In this document: one piece after another, positions 9,073 through 19,900 of the stretch
How the letters are laid out: each line of letters opens with the position of its first letter
Numbering within the stretch: the stretch's first letter is position 1
From: Bdellovibrionales bacterium
GTDB lineage: Bacteria; Bdellovibrionota; Bdellovibrionia; Bdellovibrionales; JAUICD01
Assembly: GCA_965203275.1 (NCBI GenBank)
Contig: OZ241865.1
Span: 1,472,001-1,536,000 of the forward strand
DNA: 64,000 nucleotides
Reading direction: 5' to 3'
Position numbers and translations under genes: made by a program
Notes under the pieces: generated by a model
Databases searched by the model: none
Told to the model about the DNA's origin: nothing
What the model saw: only the letters and a program-made list of their open reading frames with translations

Positions 9073-10494
9073 ATGCAAATATATCATCTACAAAAATTAG
9101 CTTATAAAAAAGCAAATGGGATAAACCTTTCAAAAGCTTTGGAAGAATTTAAACAGTTTGTAAAAGAGAAAATAAAAATATCTCAACAAGTCACAATAAA
9201 AGAGCCACTTCAAATGGAGAATATCTATTATGAAATTTCCAAGCACTGGGATCAAAATAAGAATTTAAAATTTTCTAAAAGGCGTCTTTATCGTAAAATA
9301 CCAATGCTCTTACCTTTTTCTTTTTCTTCCAAGCCTTCTCTTATTAAAAATAAAGAATTTTTAAAAGCTTATTTTAAAGATATACAATTAAATAATGATG
9401 ATCGCTCTGCAAGAAAGCTATTAAAAGCTATTTTAAGAAACTACGACTCATTTAATCAACTAGAAATAGAACAAATAATAACAGTTATAAAACCTATTAT
9501 CTCAAATGCCAAATCTAAAAAATGCCAGAGGCTTATTCAAATAGACTCTGATTATCATATTATTAGCAAAGAGATAGTTTCAAATATTGCAGAGAAAATG
9601 CTGAATAGCTCAAAATCTATTGAAGATATATTTTCAGATTTGTGTGAATGTATAAGTCCTGATCTTTGGGAAGGGAAATTAGGGGAAGCTATTGCGATGG
9701 AAATACTTAAAAAAAATCAAATAGAAATGCAAAATAATCACTTTAAATATTTAGAGCGTACCTTAAATTATTTTAAGAACAAAGAAGCCAATCAACTACG
9801 ATTAGAGCGTCTTAGCTCTGATCTGTTAGATTATTTATTAAGACCCTTTATAGAAAGGGATCCACAGCTAGATGTTAAAAATAAACTTTCTCAATTTATT
9901 GACACATATTTTGGTGACCCTCGTGTTGATCCTCGATGGGGAAACTTCATACTTAAGGATGAAATTAAACAAGTGGTCTTAAGATGGAAAACAGCCTTAA
10001 CCTTGAAGGCCTTCTTTAAATTACTAGATCATGTTGCTCAAACTGATCCCACCCATGATAGACATTGGGAAAGTAGAAGAAATTTTTGGAATGATTTCTT
10101 AGATAGACAAGAGATTCTTGAATCTTGGCTTATTTTAGGAAAAACACATATTAAAGTATTAAATAAATGGAGTAATAAAAAGGAAAAATTAGAATATGCT
10201 ACTTTTTTAAATAGCACAGGCATTCAAAATACTCACTCTGCCATTATAATGAAAATTAGAAACTTTATACTTGTAGAATGGTCTCATTCTGGAGCTTTAA
10301 GAATATACAAAGATACAGATAAAAGAAAACCAAAGCTTTATAAAAAAGAATATTATCCTAATGAAATAAAGAAAATAAAGCAACACACAGATGGTTGGAT
10401 TCAACATGATCAATATGAAAGATGGAAAGAAGAGGTAGAAGATATGCTCTTTGATAGAAGAAGAAAGAGAAAAATACTTAATACAAATTACTGA
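9073..10494 (+). CDS. zorC: Zorya ZorC (EH-signature protein)
   Basis: FGDPR, RRNFW, VEWSHSGALRIY..QH..W; third gene of the operon. Confidence 0.85.
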   Translation: MQIYHLQKLAYKKANGINLSKALEEFKQFVKEKIKISQQVTIKEPLQMENIYYEISKHWDQNKNLKFSKRRLYRKIPMLLPFSFSSKPSLIKNKEFLKAYFKDIQLNNDDRSARKLLKAILRNYDSFNQLEIEQIITVIKPIISNAKSKKCQRLIQIDSDYHIISKEIVSNIAEKMLNSSKSIEDIFSDLCECISPDLWEGKLGEAIAMEILKKNQIEMQNNHFKYLERTLNYFKNKEANQLRLERLSSDLLDYLLRPFIERDPQLDVKNKLSQFIDTYFGDPRVDPRWGNFILKDEIKQVVLRWKTALTLKAFFKLLDHVAQTDPTHDRHWESRRNFWNDFLDRQEILESWLILGKTHIKVLNKWSNKKEKLEYATFLNSTGIQNTHSAIIMKIRNFILVEWSHSGALRIYKDTDKRKPKLYKKEYYPNEIKKIKQHTDGWIQHDQYERWKEEVEDMLFDRRRKRKILNTNY

Positions 10495-10534
10495 GATATG
10501 TTTTATGAAAAATTAAAAAACTAGAAGATAAACT

Positions 10535-13500
10535 ATGAAACTGATATTTAATATAGAAAAAAATGATGTTCATATCACAGCAAAAGATTCTTTAAATCAA
10601 CGAATTGCTGTAGAGCAATGGTCTACTCAAAATCCCAAGCTTGACTTCATCCATTTACTTCTTGAAGAAGCCAAAGCTTCACAAGATCAATACACATTGA
10701 TCATAGCAAAATCAAACATACCTGATCTCACATCTTATCAAATAGAACAGCTCTCTTTATATCCAGTCATTCCTTACACACTGCACTGTAAATCAACAGG
10801 TACTATTTTAAGAGACAACTATAAAATTATTGTCAATTTTAAAAGTTCTAGTGGTCTGCCACTTGGCAAGATAGAACGAAATGGTCCTTTTGCAAAAGTC
10901 GCAGGCAAAACCTACACTCTGATCAACCCTATTTATGAATCCTTACTGCTTATTGAACAAATCAACCAAAGCAAAGACAAAACAAAATTAATTCATCTTC
11001 AAAAACTTAAAGAAATACTACCTTTTCAATGTCTTAAAAATGATGAATCTTTGATAGAAACAGAAGTTTTTATTGCTAATAATTTTACTTTAAGAGTTAT
11101 TGATAGAGAAAATTTCTTATACACTCCTTGCTTTGTGGATGTAGACAAAGAAGCTGATGAAATGGTCTATTTATTAAATGACAAACAACAACAACAATAT
11201 TCAAAGCAGTTTTTAGATTATAATCAAGTCAAACTTCAAATGCAGATCCAAACTAATCAATTTATAGTTTTACCTCCTCGAACAAAACAGTTGATTGATG
11301 TAGTCAAATCGACCATTTCAAAAAGCTATCAAGAAAAAGCACGACTTTTTGCAAACCCTCATTCTTTTTTTAAAGAAGCTCTAGGAGAAAGTTATCTCAA
11401 TGAGCATGAAGATCTATTTGTTTTAGATCAAGCTTATGCTTCCGATAGGATTAGCCATATAGGAATATGGGAACCTAAAACTCAAGTATTTTTACCTCAA
11501 TATCAAAGTGAATGGTTTCCTCAATATTGTGTTGGCATTCCATTAGACAGAGGAATCATCTTTATGAAACCAGAAAATATAGAAAATAACTGTCAAAAAA
11601 TAGAGCAAGCTATCCGCAATAATATTCCTTTTGTTCAATGTGAAGGGCAAAAGATAAAGGCCACTCAAGAAAATCTTAAATTATTGAAAGAAACAGACGA
11701 AAGAATAAAAAAAGAAATAAAACCATCAGAATTGAATATAAAAGAAGAGAAAAAAGAAAAAAATCCTCCCATTGTAGCTATTATTAAAGACAATTTAGAT
11801 GAAAATGGAGTTTATAGTGCAAATAAAAATAAAAGGCAAATACAAGATGTGTTCTGTCCATCTTTATTAAACATTTCACTTTTTCCGCATCAAAAAGAAG
11901 GACTTTCATGGTTGCAAAATTCATGGAACAAATCTAAAAGAGGTGTTTTGCTAGCTGACGATATGGGGCTTGGTAAAACTTTGCAAATCTTAGCCTTTTT
12001 AGCATGGTTAAAGGAACTTGAACAAAATCAAAAAATAGATAAAAGACCTATTTTAATTATTGCATCTACAGGTCTGCTTAAAAATTGGGAAGACGAACAT
12101 AATAAACATCTAAAGGAGCCAGGCTTGGGTATACCAACAAAAGGATCTGATTTAAAACAACGTTTAATCCAAAAAGGGGAAGATTATATTGTGGATCGTT
12201 TTAAAAAATCTCATTGGGTATTAACGACTTATGATTCACTGGCAAGATACGAAAGTATTTTTGGGCATATTTCATGGCAAGTGATTGTTTTTGATGAGTG
12301 TCAGGCTATTAAAAATCCAAGTTCCTATCGTACAGATAGAGCTAAGATGATGGATGCTGATTTTTCAATTGGTTTAACTGGTACACCTGTTGAAAATAGA
12401 TTAAGTGACTTGTGGTGTATTTCTGACACGTTATATCCAGGCCTTCTTAAAACTTATAAAGAGTTTAAAAAAAGATATGAAGATAAACAAGATCATTTAA
12501 AAGAATTAACTCAAATAATGAAGGAAGGTCATCCTCCGTCCTTTATGCTTAGAAGAATGAAAAAAGATCATATCAAAGGTTTAACTCATAAGAAAGAGAT
12601 CATCAAAAAGGAATTGATGCCTCAAAAACAAACTTCAGGTTATGATGCTATTTTGCAAAAGGTACAATCTCAAAGATATAGAAAGTCTATGGTGGCTATT
12701 CAACATCTTAAGTCTATGAGCTTAGCTTCTAAGTTTGATGAAAACTTAGAAGATCAAGCATTTATAAACAGTTCAGCTAGGTTGATTGCTTTATTTAAAA
12801 TTTTAGATGAGATTGAATCAAGGAGAGAAAAAGTTTTAATATTTTTAGAATCTCGTCATTTGCAAGAAAAACTTATTCCAATTATAAAGAGAAAATACAA
12901 GCTAAATCACTCACCTCTTTTAATCAATGGTCAAGTGGCTGGACAACAAAGAAAACAAAAGGTAGATATTTTTCAAAATTTACCACTAGGATTTGATGTG
13001 ATGATTTTATCTCCTAAAGCTGGTGGAACAGGCTTAACACTCACAAGAGCTAATAATGTTATTCATTTAGAGCGGTGGTGGAATCCAGCAGTAGAAGATC
13101 AATGTTCAGATAGAGTTTATAGAATTGGTCAAAAAAAAGATGTTAATATTTATATTCCTATGGCTATTCATCCATCTATAAAGAGCTTTGATATGGTTTT
13201 ACATGAAAGGCTTAAGAAAAAAAGAGAGTTAAGTCAGAAGGTGATTGTTCCAACAAAACTTGATTCAGAGGATTATAAAGAAATTTTTGAAACAACGACA
13301 GGTGAAACTTTTGAAGATGATCAGGATCAGAAAGATAATTTCTACAAATCCCGAGCATGGCATGAATTGAGATATCGTATCTTTAATAAATATGGGCATA
13401 GATGTCAAAAATGTGGTGCTGATCAGAGTCAATCGACCCTGCATGTGGATCATATCAAACCAAGATCAAAGTATCCTCAATTGGAATTAGACCCTAACAA

Positions 13501-13570
13501 CCTTCAAGTTCTTTGTGAAGAATGTAACTTAGGAAAATCAAACAAACATGAAGATGACTACCGACCTTAG
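10535..13570 (+). CDS. zorD: Zorya ZorD-like SNF2 helicase with C-terminal HNH nuclease
   Basis: LADDMGLGKT, DECQ, TGTPVEN, WWNPAVEDQCSDRVYRIGQ; C-terminal CQKC..HVDHIKP..NLQVLCEECNLGK. Confidence 0.88.
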   Translation: MKLIFNIEKNDVHITAKDSLNQRIAVEQWSTQNPKLDFIHLLLEEAKASQDQYTLIIAKSNIPDLTSYQIEQLSLYPVIPYTLHCKSTGTILRDNYKIIVNFKSSSGLPLGKIERNGPFAKVAGKTYTLINPIYESLLLIEQINQSKDKTKLIHLQKLKEILPFQCLKNDESLIETEVFIANNFTLRVIDRENFLYTPCFVDVDKEADEMVYLLNDKQQQQYSKQFLDYNQVKLQMQIQTNQFIVLPPRTKQLIDVVKSTISKSYQEKARLFANPHSFFKEALGESYLNEHEDLFVLDQAYASDRISHIGIWEPKTQVFLPQYQSEWFPQYCVGIPLDRGIIFMKPENIENNCQKIEQAIRNNIPFVQCEGQKIKATQENLKLLKETDERIKKEIKPSELNIKEEKKEKNPPIVAIIKDNLDENGVYSANKNKRQIQDVFCPSLLNISLFPHQKEGLSWLQNSWNKSKRGVLLADDMGLGKTLQILAFLAWLKELEQNQKIDKRPILIIASTGLLKNWEDEHNKHLKEPGLGIPTKGSDLKQRLIQKGEDYIVDRFKKSHWVLTTYDSLARYESIFGHISWQVIVFDECQAIKNPSSYRTDRAKMMDADFSIGLTGTPVENRLSDLWCISDTLYPGLLKTYKEFKKRYEDKQDHLKELTQIMKEGHPPSFMLRRMKKDHIKGLTHKKEIIKKELMPQKQTSGYDAILQKVQSQRYRKSMVAIQHLKSMSLASKFDENLEDQAFINSSARLIALFKILDEIESRREKVLIFLESRHLQEKLIPIIKRKYKLNHSPLLINGQVAGQQRKQKVDIFQNLPLGFDVMILSPKAGGTGLTLTRANNVIHLERWWNPAVEDQCSDRVYRIGQKKDVNIYIPMAIHPSIKSFDMVLHERLKKKRELSQKVIVPTKLDSEDYKEIFETTTGETFEDDQDQKDNFYKSRAWHELRYRIFNKYGHRCQKCGADQSQSTLHVDHIKPRSKYPQLELDPNNLQVLCEECNLGKSNKHEDDYRP

Positions 13571-13632
13571 GTTCATTGGTTCACTAAAAGTGGTCTGACC
13601 TCTGGTCACTTTTGAGCTGGATCTTCAATTTA

Positions 13633-13665
13633 TTTTTAAAATTTTTGTATCATCTTGAAACACTT
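13633..13665 (+). repeat. 33-bp direct repeat, right of Zorya
   Basis: Exact match to 5969-6001. Confidence 0.9.
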
Positions 13666-13742
13666 GATAAGTTTCAATCTCACATCACACCAATCATACG
13701 TTCATACGTTGAAGCAAATTTAATTTGTTTAAACTATATTTT

Positions 13743-14118
13743 AAAAGTCAAAAGAGGTGGGCAAAAATAAATTTGATTTTTTTAAGAAAAGCAACAAACA
13801 TTTGAATTTTTTAGTGAAGAAGCCACCATCAACAATATAAGCTATTCTGTCCATTTCAAAAAGCCTTTAAAAACCTTATAAAACTGTAAGCTTTATAAAA
13901 AAATTGGCCTAAGTGTCCAACCCTAAAGTTTTTTATTAGGGAATAAGGAACAGAGACCCGTGTATTTTCATATCTTTACATATAATCTTCGCCTAAATAA
14001 TCTAAAAAGTCAAGAGGAATGAGCAAATAAATTTTTTAAAACAATAAAAAGCACCATCAACTCCATCTATTCATCCATCGTAGAAGCTTAAAACCCTCAA
14101 ATATCTTGACAAAATTGG
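13743..14118. repeat. Inter-cassette element, copy 1
   Basis: Near-identical to 20186-20567 and 24778-25183. Confidence 0.92.
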
Positions 14119-14134
14119 GATTTAGCATTATACT
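14106..14134 (+). promoter_or_regulatory. Sigma70-type promoter at the right end of the element
   Basis: TTGACA-17 nt-TATACT. Confidence 0.7.
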
Positions 14135-14451
14135 TCCAATCAAAATTTAATTATTAAACTTATTTTAAAGGAGGTGCAAAATACCAAAAAGATATGCAAT
14201 TACAACAGATTAAATGACAAATTATTTTAGATACATACAATGAAATTAAGAAAAATATGGCATTCGCTATATCATCTAAGTATGACTAGGAATGAGGATG
14301 TATTAGATGGATAAGCCATCAATTCCATTGACTCCATTCCCATCACAGAAAAATAAAAATATTTTATATTTGATGAAGATATGATTTATCTCAAAAGATG
14401 TTGCATATTGCTTAAAGTTATGATATAAGTAGCTTTCATGTAACAAAGGAG

Positions 14452-14997
14452 ATGCTTATGCTGAAAAAGTATTTAATTTATATTTTATTTCAAAGTAATA
14501 TTTTGATTTTACTTGCTCCCACTAGTAGTTATGGAGTTTTTAATTTTGTTTCAACAGGGATTGAAGAATTAAATGTCGATGGAACTGAGATTAAAATTAA
14601 CCAAAGTAGATCAGAGTATTGTATTCAAAAAGCTAGCGAAGGAAAATATGTGCTTTGTTTCCCTCATGCTGAAATGTATATCACACAAAGAGGTGAAACA
14701 AATGATATCACTCATATCCTTAAGGAATGGGATGGTTTTTTTGTTTTCTTTGTCAAAATAAGAACGAATCAATATGCTGTGGATTTGAATAGTGATGGAA
14801 AAAAAGAAATCGCTATTGTACCTCAAGTCTCTGGAGGAGGTGCTATTAGTTTGCCAGCTTATCTCTATACTATAACGGATCATGGCTTAGCACCTTATGG
14901 TGAAGGAAGATTTTTTTGGGAAAATGGCCAGAAGGTCTTACTTGGTTGCCCTCAATGTTCAAAGTTTAACTTAGGAGCTTGTAATTCTTGCTATTAA
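14452..14997 (+). CDS. Exported hypothetical protein with FG-GAP/EF-hand-like motif and Cys-rich tail
   Basis: RBS AAGGAG; signal-like N-terminus; DLNSDGKKEI; CPQC..CNSC. Confidence 0.65.
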   Translation: MLMLKKYLIYILFQSNILILLAPTSSYGVFNFVSTGIEELNVDGTEIKINQSRSEYCIQKASEGKYVLCFPHAEMYITQRGETNDITHILKEWDGFFVFFVKIRTNQYAVDLNSDGKKEIAIVPQVSGGGAISLPAYLYTITDHGLAPYGEGRFFWENGQKVLLGCPQCSKFNLGACNSCY

Positions 14998-15037
14998 AAA
15001 TTTGAGCTATTTTAAGCTATAAAAAATAAGTTTTCTT

Positions 15038-15349
15038 ATGACATTTGGTTATCTTGAAGTAGGTTTTGCACTGATCACAAGCTTGTGGTTTTATGCAGTG
15101 ATTTTCTGCAAATCCAATTACGAAGCTGAAAAACATAACGAGATCACAAATGCCAATAAGGCAAGAGCTTTAAAAACTTTTCGAGTTTTTGTAGATGGTA
15201 GCGATGCTCAGTCAATCAAAGATGCAATGCTTTTACTTGCAGGTCAGGCAGCGTTTTACACACCAACAAGTGGCTTTAGAAAAAATGAAAAAGAAATTCC
15301 GCTTCCACCTCTTGCCCAAACTGCAAAGCAATTTTACAAAGAAAAATAA
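15038..15349 (+). pseudogene. Probable 3' fragment of a membrane/coiled-coil hypothetical protein
   Basis: Starts at a TM helix without an RBS; 103 aa. Confidence 0.4.
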
Positions 15350-15518
15350 AGACTTACTTAAACCCCTGCTTTGATAATCTTTTTTAGACTTGTCAGAAGC
15401 TTATCAAATGCTTTTCAGAATACAAAATATATTTTCAACTGAAAAAATCAATTATTTAAGATAACATATCACTGAACATATATAATATAACATCCAAAGA
15501 AAATCCTTAAAAACAAAT

Positions 15519-16148
15519 TTAAAATAACTCTAATTGTTGTGTATAATCTAAATGATTTTTAAAAGGCTTTTCTCTTTTTTTCAAAATAATTTCTTCTCCT
15601 ATTGATTGATCTATAAGTTGCCTTAAATCAACCACTGCACCAAATTTTAAAAATGTACTAAAGAATTTTTCATATTTTTTACCCCAATAGACCATTGCAC
15701 AAGACATTGGAGCTCCTTTCCCTTCTTTATCTCCATCTTCTAAAAATTTTAACCGGGTTTCATATAAAAAACACACTGCAATAGCTTTGCCCCATATATA
15801 TTCTTTCCAATGACTTGTATTGCTTGCTACTGGAATTAATGCTAACACTTCTGAATGAAATTGTTTATTTGCATTTGCACACTTACATAACCAATTTTTT
15901 ATTGTTGTCCCTCTGTGTCTATCTGCTCCGTAAGGGGGATTGACATATATTGTTTTATAATCCCAATGGGCATTTAATCCATCATTTTCAGGTAAAGAAA
16001 GTTCTATTTTTGCATTGACTTTTGACCATTGGTTGGAACAAGGATCAAACTCTATGACCCCTTCAAATACTTGCTTAACTGCTTTAATATACTTAAGCGG
16101 AGTACACCAATCAGTGCTTTGAGAATTAACTGTGCGACCTGCTGTCAT
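15519..16148 (-). CDS. DNA N6-adenine methyltransferase (phage Dam-like)
   Basis: DWCTP, FDPCS, VNPPYG, LIP motifs. Confidence 0.88.
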   Translation of the reverse strand: MTAGRTVNSQSTDWCTPLKYIKAVKQVFEGVIEFDPCSNQWSKVNAKIELSLPENDGLNAHWDYKTIYVNPPYGADRHRGTTIKNWLCKCANANKQFHSEVLALIPVASNTSHWKEYIWGKAIAVCFLYETRLKFLEDGDKEGKGAPMSCAMVYWGKKYEKFFSTFLKFGAVVDLRQLIDQSIGEEIILKKREKPFKNHLDYTQQLELF

Positions 16149-16290
16149 TTAAGTATCCTCTCCCATTTTTTAGATGAAAGAAAAGCCAAATCTTTTTTTA
16201 AATTTTTAATATCCTGATGAGCGGGTGCTATGACAGTAAACCATTTTTCAATTTCTAATAAATTTTCTTTAAATTTGTAAATTTTTTCAT
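16145..16290 (-). pseudogene. 3' remnant of a gene translationally coupled to the MTase
   Basis: Open frame YEKIYKFKENLLEIEKWF..WERILK ends in an ATGA overlap with the MTase start. Confidence 0.4.
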
Positions 16291-16419
16291 ATTTTTTAAT
16301 CCTTGTTTAATATCTAAATGGGACTCATGTATAGTAAGAGAAGTGTTTGTTATCAGCAAATTGCATTAAAATAGATTGTACTGTCAAGAAATACTAAAAA
16401 ATATCTTTAAAAGAGATTT

Positions 16420-17190
16420 TTTAGTAAAAGTGGTCTGACCTCTGTTTCCCTAAAATTGAACTAGCCGTCATTTTCACTCAAAATGCATCATGCCGTCTTT
16501 TGCACTTGAAATGAACCACACCTCTGTTTCCCTAAAATTGAACTAGCCTCTGGCTACTTTTGGGCAGTTAGCCCGACGACTGTCGTCGTCGATCAAAGGC
16601 TAACTCCCTCAAAAGCTTGTTCAATTTTAGGAAGAAGGATGTCCTCATTTCTTAACAGCATGTTAAGGAAAAAGAGTTTCATTTGTAAACCTGCTTGCTC
16701 TTAAGGCAATAAAAGAACTTTTTCCCTAACATGGTGTAAAGGAGTAAAAAGATCCTCCCCTACTCAAAATGCATAGATTTTTGAGGCAATGACTATTTTG
16801 TCAACGTGAAGTAAACATCTTGTTTCCTTAACATCGTGTAAAGAGACAAGAGGATTCTTCTTACTAAAAATAAACGGATTTTTGAGGCATTGCTCTTTTT
16901 GGACAGCGTAAGCTGTCAGAGCAATGCCCAAAAACAGCCAGAGGCTGGTTTATTTTTAGTGAAACAAACGCGGTCATTGCCCAAGGTGTAAGAAGGAACT
17001 TTTTCCTTAACATGTGGTCAAGAGACGAAGAGATTCTTCTTCCTAAAATTGAACAAGCTTTTGAGGCGGTTAGCCTTTGATCGACGGCGGTAGCCGTCGG
17101 GCTAACTGCCCAAAAGTAGCCAGAGGCTAGTTCAATTTTAGGGAAACAGAGGCATGATGCATTTTGAGTGAAATATTAAGGAAAAAGATT
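16420..17190. repeat. Cluster of multi-stem palindromic elements in both orientations
   Basis: Repeated CCAGAGG side hairpins, CCTTAACA..TGTTAAG, CGACGGC-GGTA-GCCGTCG. Confidence 0.88.
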
Positions 17191-17269
17191 ACTTAGATAC
17201 AATTGCAAAAGAAAGTTTTAATCAGAAAGGAATCTTTAGTGTTCTTATAATATTGCTTGTTCAAAAAAA

Positions 17270-17932
17270 TTATTTTTTCATTTTTTGTTTTCTAGCCTCT
17301 AAGATTCTTAAATGCTGTTTTTTCTCTTCGTCTCCATCTCTACAGCATTTTTTATATTTCTTCCTGCTTCCACAAGGACATTTTTCATTTTTTCCTATTT
17401 TCTTAAGTGAAGTTATATATTTTTTGCTATCTTCTATAGCTTCCTCTATACCTTTTTTGCCATGAGAATATTCCCCGCATGGTGGTATTTTCCTATACTT
17501 TTCATAATAAGCTTGCCATACAAAATATGGGTAAACTCTGTAAATAATAAAATCTTTGAGAGATGCGGTTCTTTTAAGGGGAATCAATTCTAAACAACAA
17601 CTCTTGTCATTAGGATAGAGGTGTAAATCTTGAACTTTTTTGTTTAATTTTTTTGCCAGTCTTTCAATTTTTTCACCGATCTCATATACTTTTGGCCATC
17701 CTAGTGGATGATTATTAAAGTCAATTTCTATGAGATACTCACCTGTAACACATTCATTTTCATTTGTTTCACAAGGCTTTATCTCCCACTGATCTATGGA
17801 ATTTTCTTTTTTCACATAGTGACAGGGATGAATAATAATATGACCGGTAATTTTATTATCATTCTGACAATATTTAAGATCAGGAAACCATTTAAGAGTT
17901 TCTTTAAAATCATTACTTGAATATTCTATCAT
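17270..17932 (-). CDS. CBASS-associated prokaryotic E2-like protein with C-terminal SEC-C zinc motif
   Basis: PKVYE..DLHLYPNDKSCCL E2-like His/Cys motif; KIGKNEKCPCGSRKKYKKCC; overlaps the CD-NTase stop. Confidence 0.7.
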   Translation of the reverse strand: MIEYSSNDFKETLKWFPDLKYCQNDNKITGHIIIHPCHYVKKENSIDQWEIKPCETNENECVTGEYLIEIDFNNHPLGWPKVYEIGEKIERLAKKLNKKVQDLHLYPNDKSCCLELIPLKRTASLKDFIIYRVYPYFVWQAYYEKYRKIPPCGEYSHGKKGIEEAIEDSKKYITSLKKIGKNEKCPCGSRKKYKKCCRDGDEEKKQHLRILEARKQKMKK

Positions 17933-18902
17933 CAAACGCATAAGGTTTAGTTGCTGGTACTGTAGGAAGAATAGCACTTTCTTTACGAGAAGACGAAGAA
18001 TCTATCAATCGACCAAAATGATCACCGAATAATTCACGCCATTTTTTGACGCTACTATTGTAATCTTCTTCTTCAAAAGCTTGATTAATTTTTCCATTAT
18101 ACGAATTAAACTTTTCTCTAAAATTCTTATATTTTACTTCATCCCAATGCCTGTTGAAATCCTCACTTGACATCACTGGATTTTTAATAATTGGCATAGA
18201 TGGACGGTTTTGCAAAAAATTATTTAGTCTATTTGAGAGGGTTTTCAAAGTTGTTGGTAAATCTGAAAAGCTTTCACTGTCTTTATCATCAGTTTGCACC
18301 ATATTACCTAAAAGAGTGGTCAACAGTATTGACTTAACAGAAAAGTTATCTTTATGATCTCTCAAAAATTTTAAAAGTCTAGTCACCTTTCTAAAATTAT
18401 TATTACCAACAATTTCATTTTTTTGTGCTAGCCATTGTTTATATCCATCACCATCTGTTGGCTCATATTTGCTATCGTTTCTATTAGTGATATAATGTAC
18501 TTCATTATGTTCTACACAAGGGACAATATCTAAGTGAAAATCACCAGCATAATTAATTGTCACACATCTTGTCTTTTTATTGATCTTATCTTCGTAATTG
18601 CCATTATTTTTGAATATCTCATAAATTTTTCTTACATAGTCAGTTTTAAAATCATTTGGATTAAAATCAGAATCCTGAATAAATATCAATAGATCAGCAT
18701 CAAACTCGTCATTATCTTTTACAGGTTTAATAATAGTTTTATGGGCATAAGAACCTTGCTCACTAAACTTTCTGTAACCTGACAAATTTTCTTTAAGTAA
18801 TTTCGTGATTGTTTCTATGCGTCCTTTTAATGTATCTAACCGGTCTTGATTAAGATCTACACGCTTAGACAAAAAATCTTTAAAATCTCTTTCGTGCTTC
18901 AT
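17913..18902 (-). CDS. CBASS CD-NTase (SMODS nucleotidyltransferase)
   Basis: QGSYAHKTIIKP, EFDADL, RCVTINYAGDFHLDIVP. Confidence 0.93.
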   Translation of the reverse strand: MKHERDFKDFLSKRVDLNQDRLDTLKGRIETITKLLKENLSGYRKFSEQGSYAHKTIIKPVKDNDEFDADLLIFIQDSDFNPNDFKTDYVRKIYEIFKNNGNYEDKINKKTRCVTINYAGDFHLDIVPCVEHNEVHYITNRNDSKYEPTDGDGYKQWLAQKNEIVGNNNFRKVTRLLKFLRDHKDNFSVKSILLTTLLGNMVQTDDKDSESFSDLPTTLKTLSNRLNNFLQNRPSMPIIKNPVMSSEDFNRHWDEVKYKNFREKFNSYNGKINQAFEEEDYNSSVKKWRELFGDHFGRLIDSSSSRKESAILPTVPATKPYAFDDRIFK

Positions 18903-19823
18903 TTATACCTCCTTAAGAAAATTCTTAATTTTTGCACTTTGGTTTGTAAACTCTTGCTTTGCTTTTTCTTTGAAATTAGCTATTTCTCTATAATTGTCAA
19001 GACTACAATATTCGATATTTGGATTAATTCTCAAAATATTGTCTTTATTATCCTTAAAAATCAAATTTAAGACATTTTCTGGAAACTTTGTCTGACAAGA
19101 CATAACAAAATCTACAAATTTAGTTTTTTCCCATCCATATAATAGTCCCCAATTTTTTGATTTTTGATAACATTGTTCTGATTTTCCAGTTCCTATAGAT
19201 AATATTTTGACATTATTTGTCTTTGCTTTAAAATTATTAATAGCATCTGTATAACCCACAAGAGCGGGATTATTTGCCCATATACCTCCATCACAAATAA
19301 GAGTTCCATTTATATTTACTGGGTCAAAATAAGTTGGTGTTGCACAAGAAGCTAAAACAGCTTTAAATAAAGGTATTTCGCCATCTCTCACATAGCCAGC
19401 GTTTCCTCTTTGCTTCTGCTGGTAAGCCGACTTAAAAACATGGACGTCTCCCATACTGACATTTGTAGCATTAAGAATAAGAGGTTTTTTAATTTCTCCT
19501 AGCTTTTTCTCTTTGAATTTCTGGTGAAGAAATATCTCTAAGTGATGATTATTATATTTTGATCTAAAAAGTCCACATAAATTCCATTGTTTTTGAAAAA
19601 TCTCAGGAGCCTTTTCTGAGTAATCATCAACTAATTGAGCTAAATCACTGTCTATTGCCACTGTTCCAGCTACAATGCTCCCTGTGCTTGTACCGACAAT
19701 AAGATCAAAAGTATCATGTATTTTTATATTTAGCTTTGCTTCTATAAGAGCTAATATCTTAGTAGCAAATATTCCCTTTATCCCACCTCCATCAATACTT
19801 AAAATTTTAAACATTTTATTCAT
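18903..19823 (-). CDS. Patatin-like phospholipase CBASS effector (CapV-like)
   Basis: DGGGIKG, GTSTG, DGGIWANNP; immediately upstream of the CD-NTase. Confidence 0.9.
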   Translation of the reverse strand: MNKMFKILSIDGGGIKGIFATKILALIEAKLNIKIHDTFDLIVGTSTGSIVAGTVAIDSDLAQLVDDYSEKAPEIFQKQWNLCGLFRSKYNNHHLEIFLHQKFKEKKLGEIKKPLILNATNVSMGDVHVFKSAYQQKQRGNAGYVRDGEIPLFKAVLASCATPTYFDPVNINGTLICDGGIWANNPALVGYTDAINNFKAKTNNVKILSIGTGKSEQCYQKSKNWGLLYGWEKTKFVDFVMSCQTKFPENVLNLIFKDNKDNILRINPNIEYCSLDNYREIANFKEKAKQEFTNQSAKIKNFLKEV

Positions 19824-19900
19824 TTATATACCCTTCTTGCAATGATCATGTCTAAGTAATTTCAATGGATTATATTATTTCCACCTATTGTAAACAGTCT

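Noticed and set aside
14170..14410. Possible gene after the copy-1 promoter (AAGGAGG GTG)
   Set aside because: Multiple stops in all frames; at best unidentifiable debris
16420..17190. CCTTAAC..GTTAAG as integron attC or dif sites
   Set aside because: The arms are only ~5 nt apart, lacking attC or dif spacing; no integrase is seen
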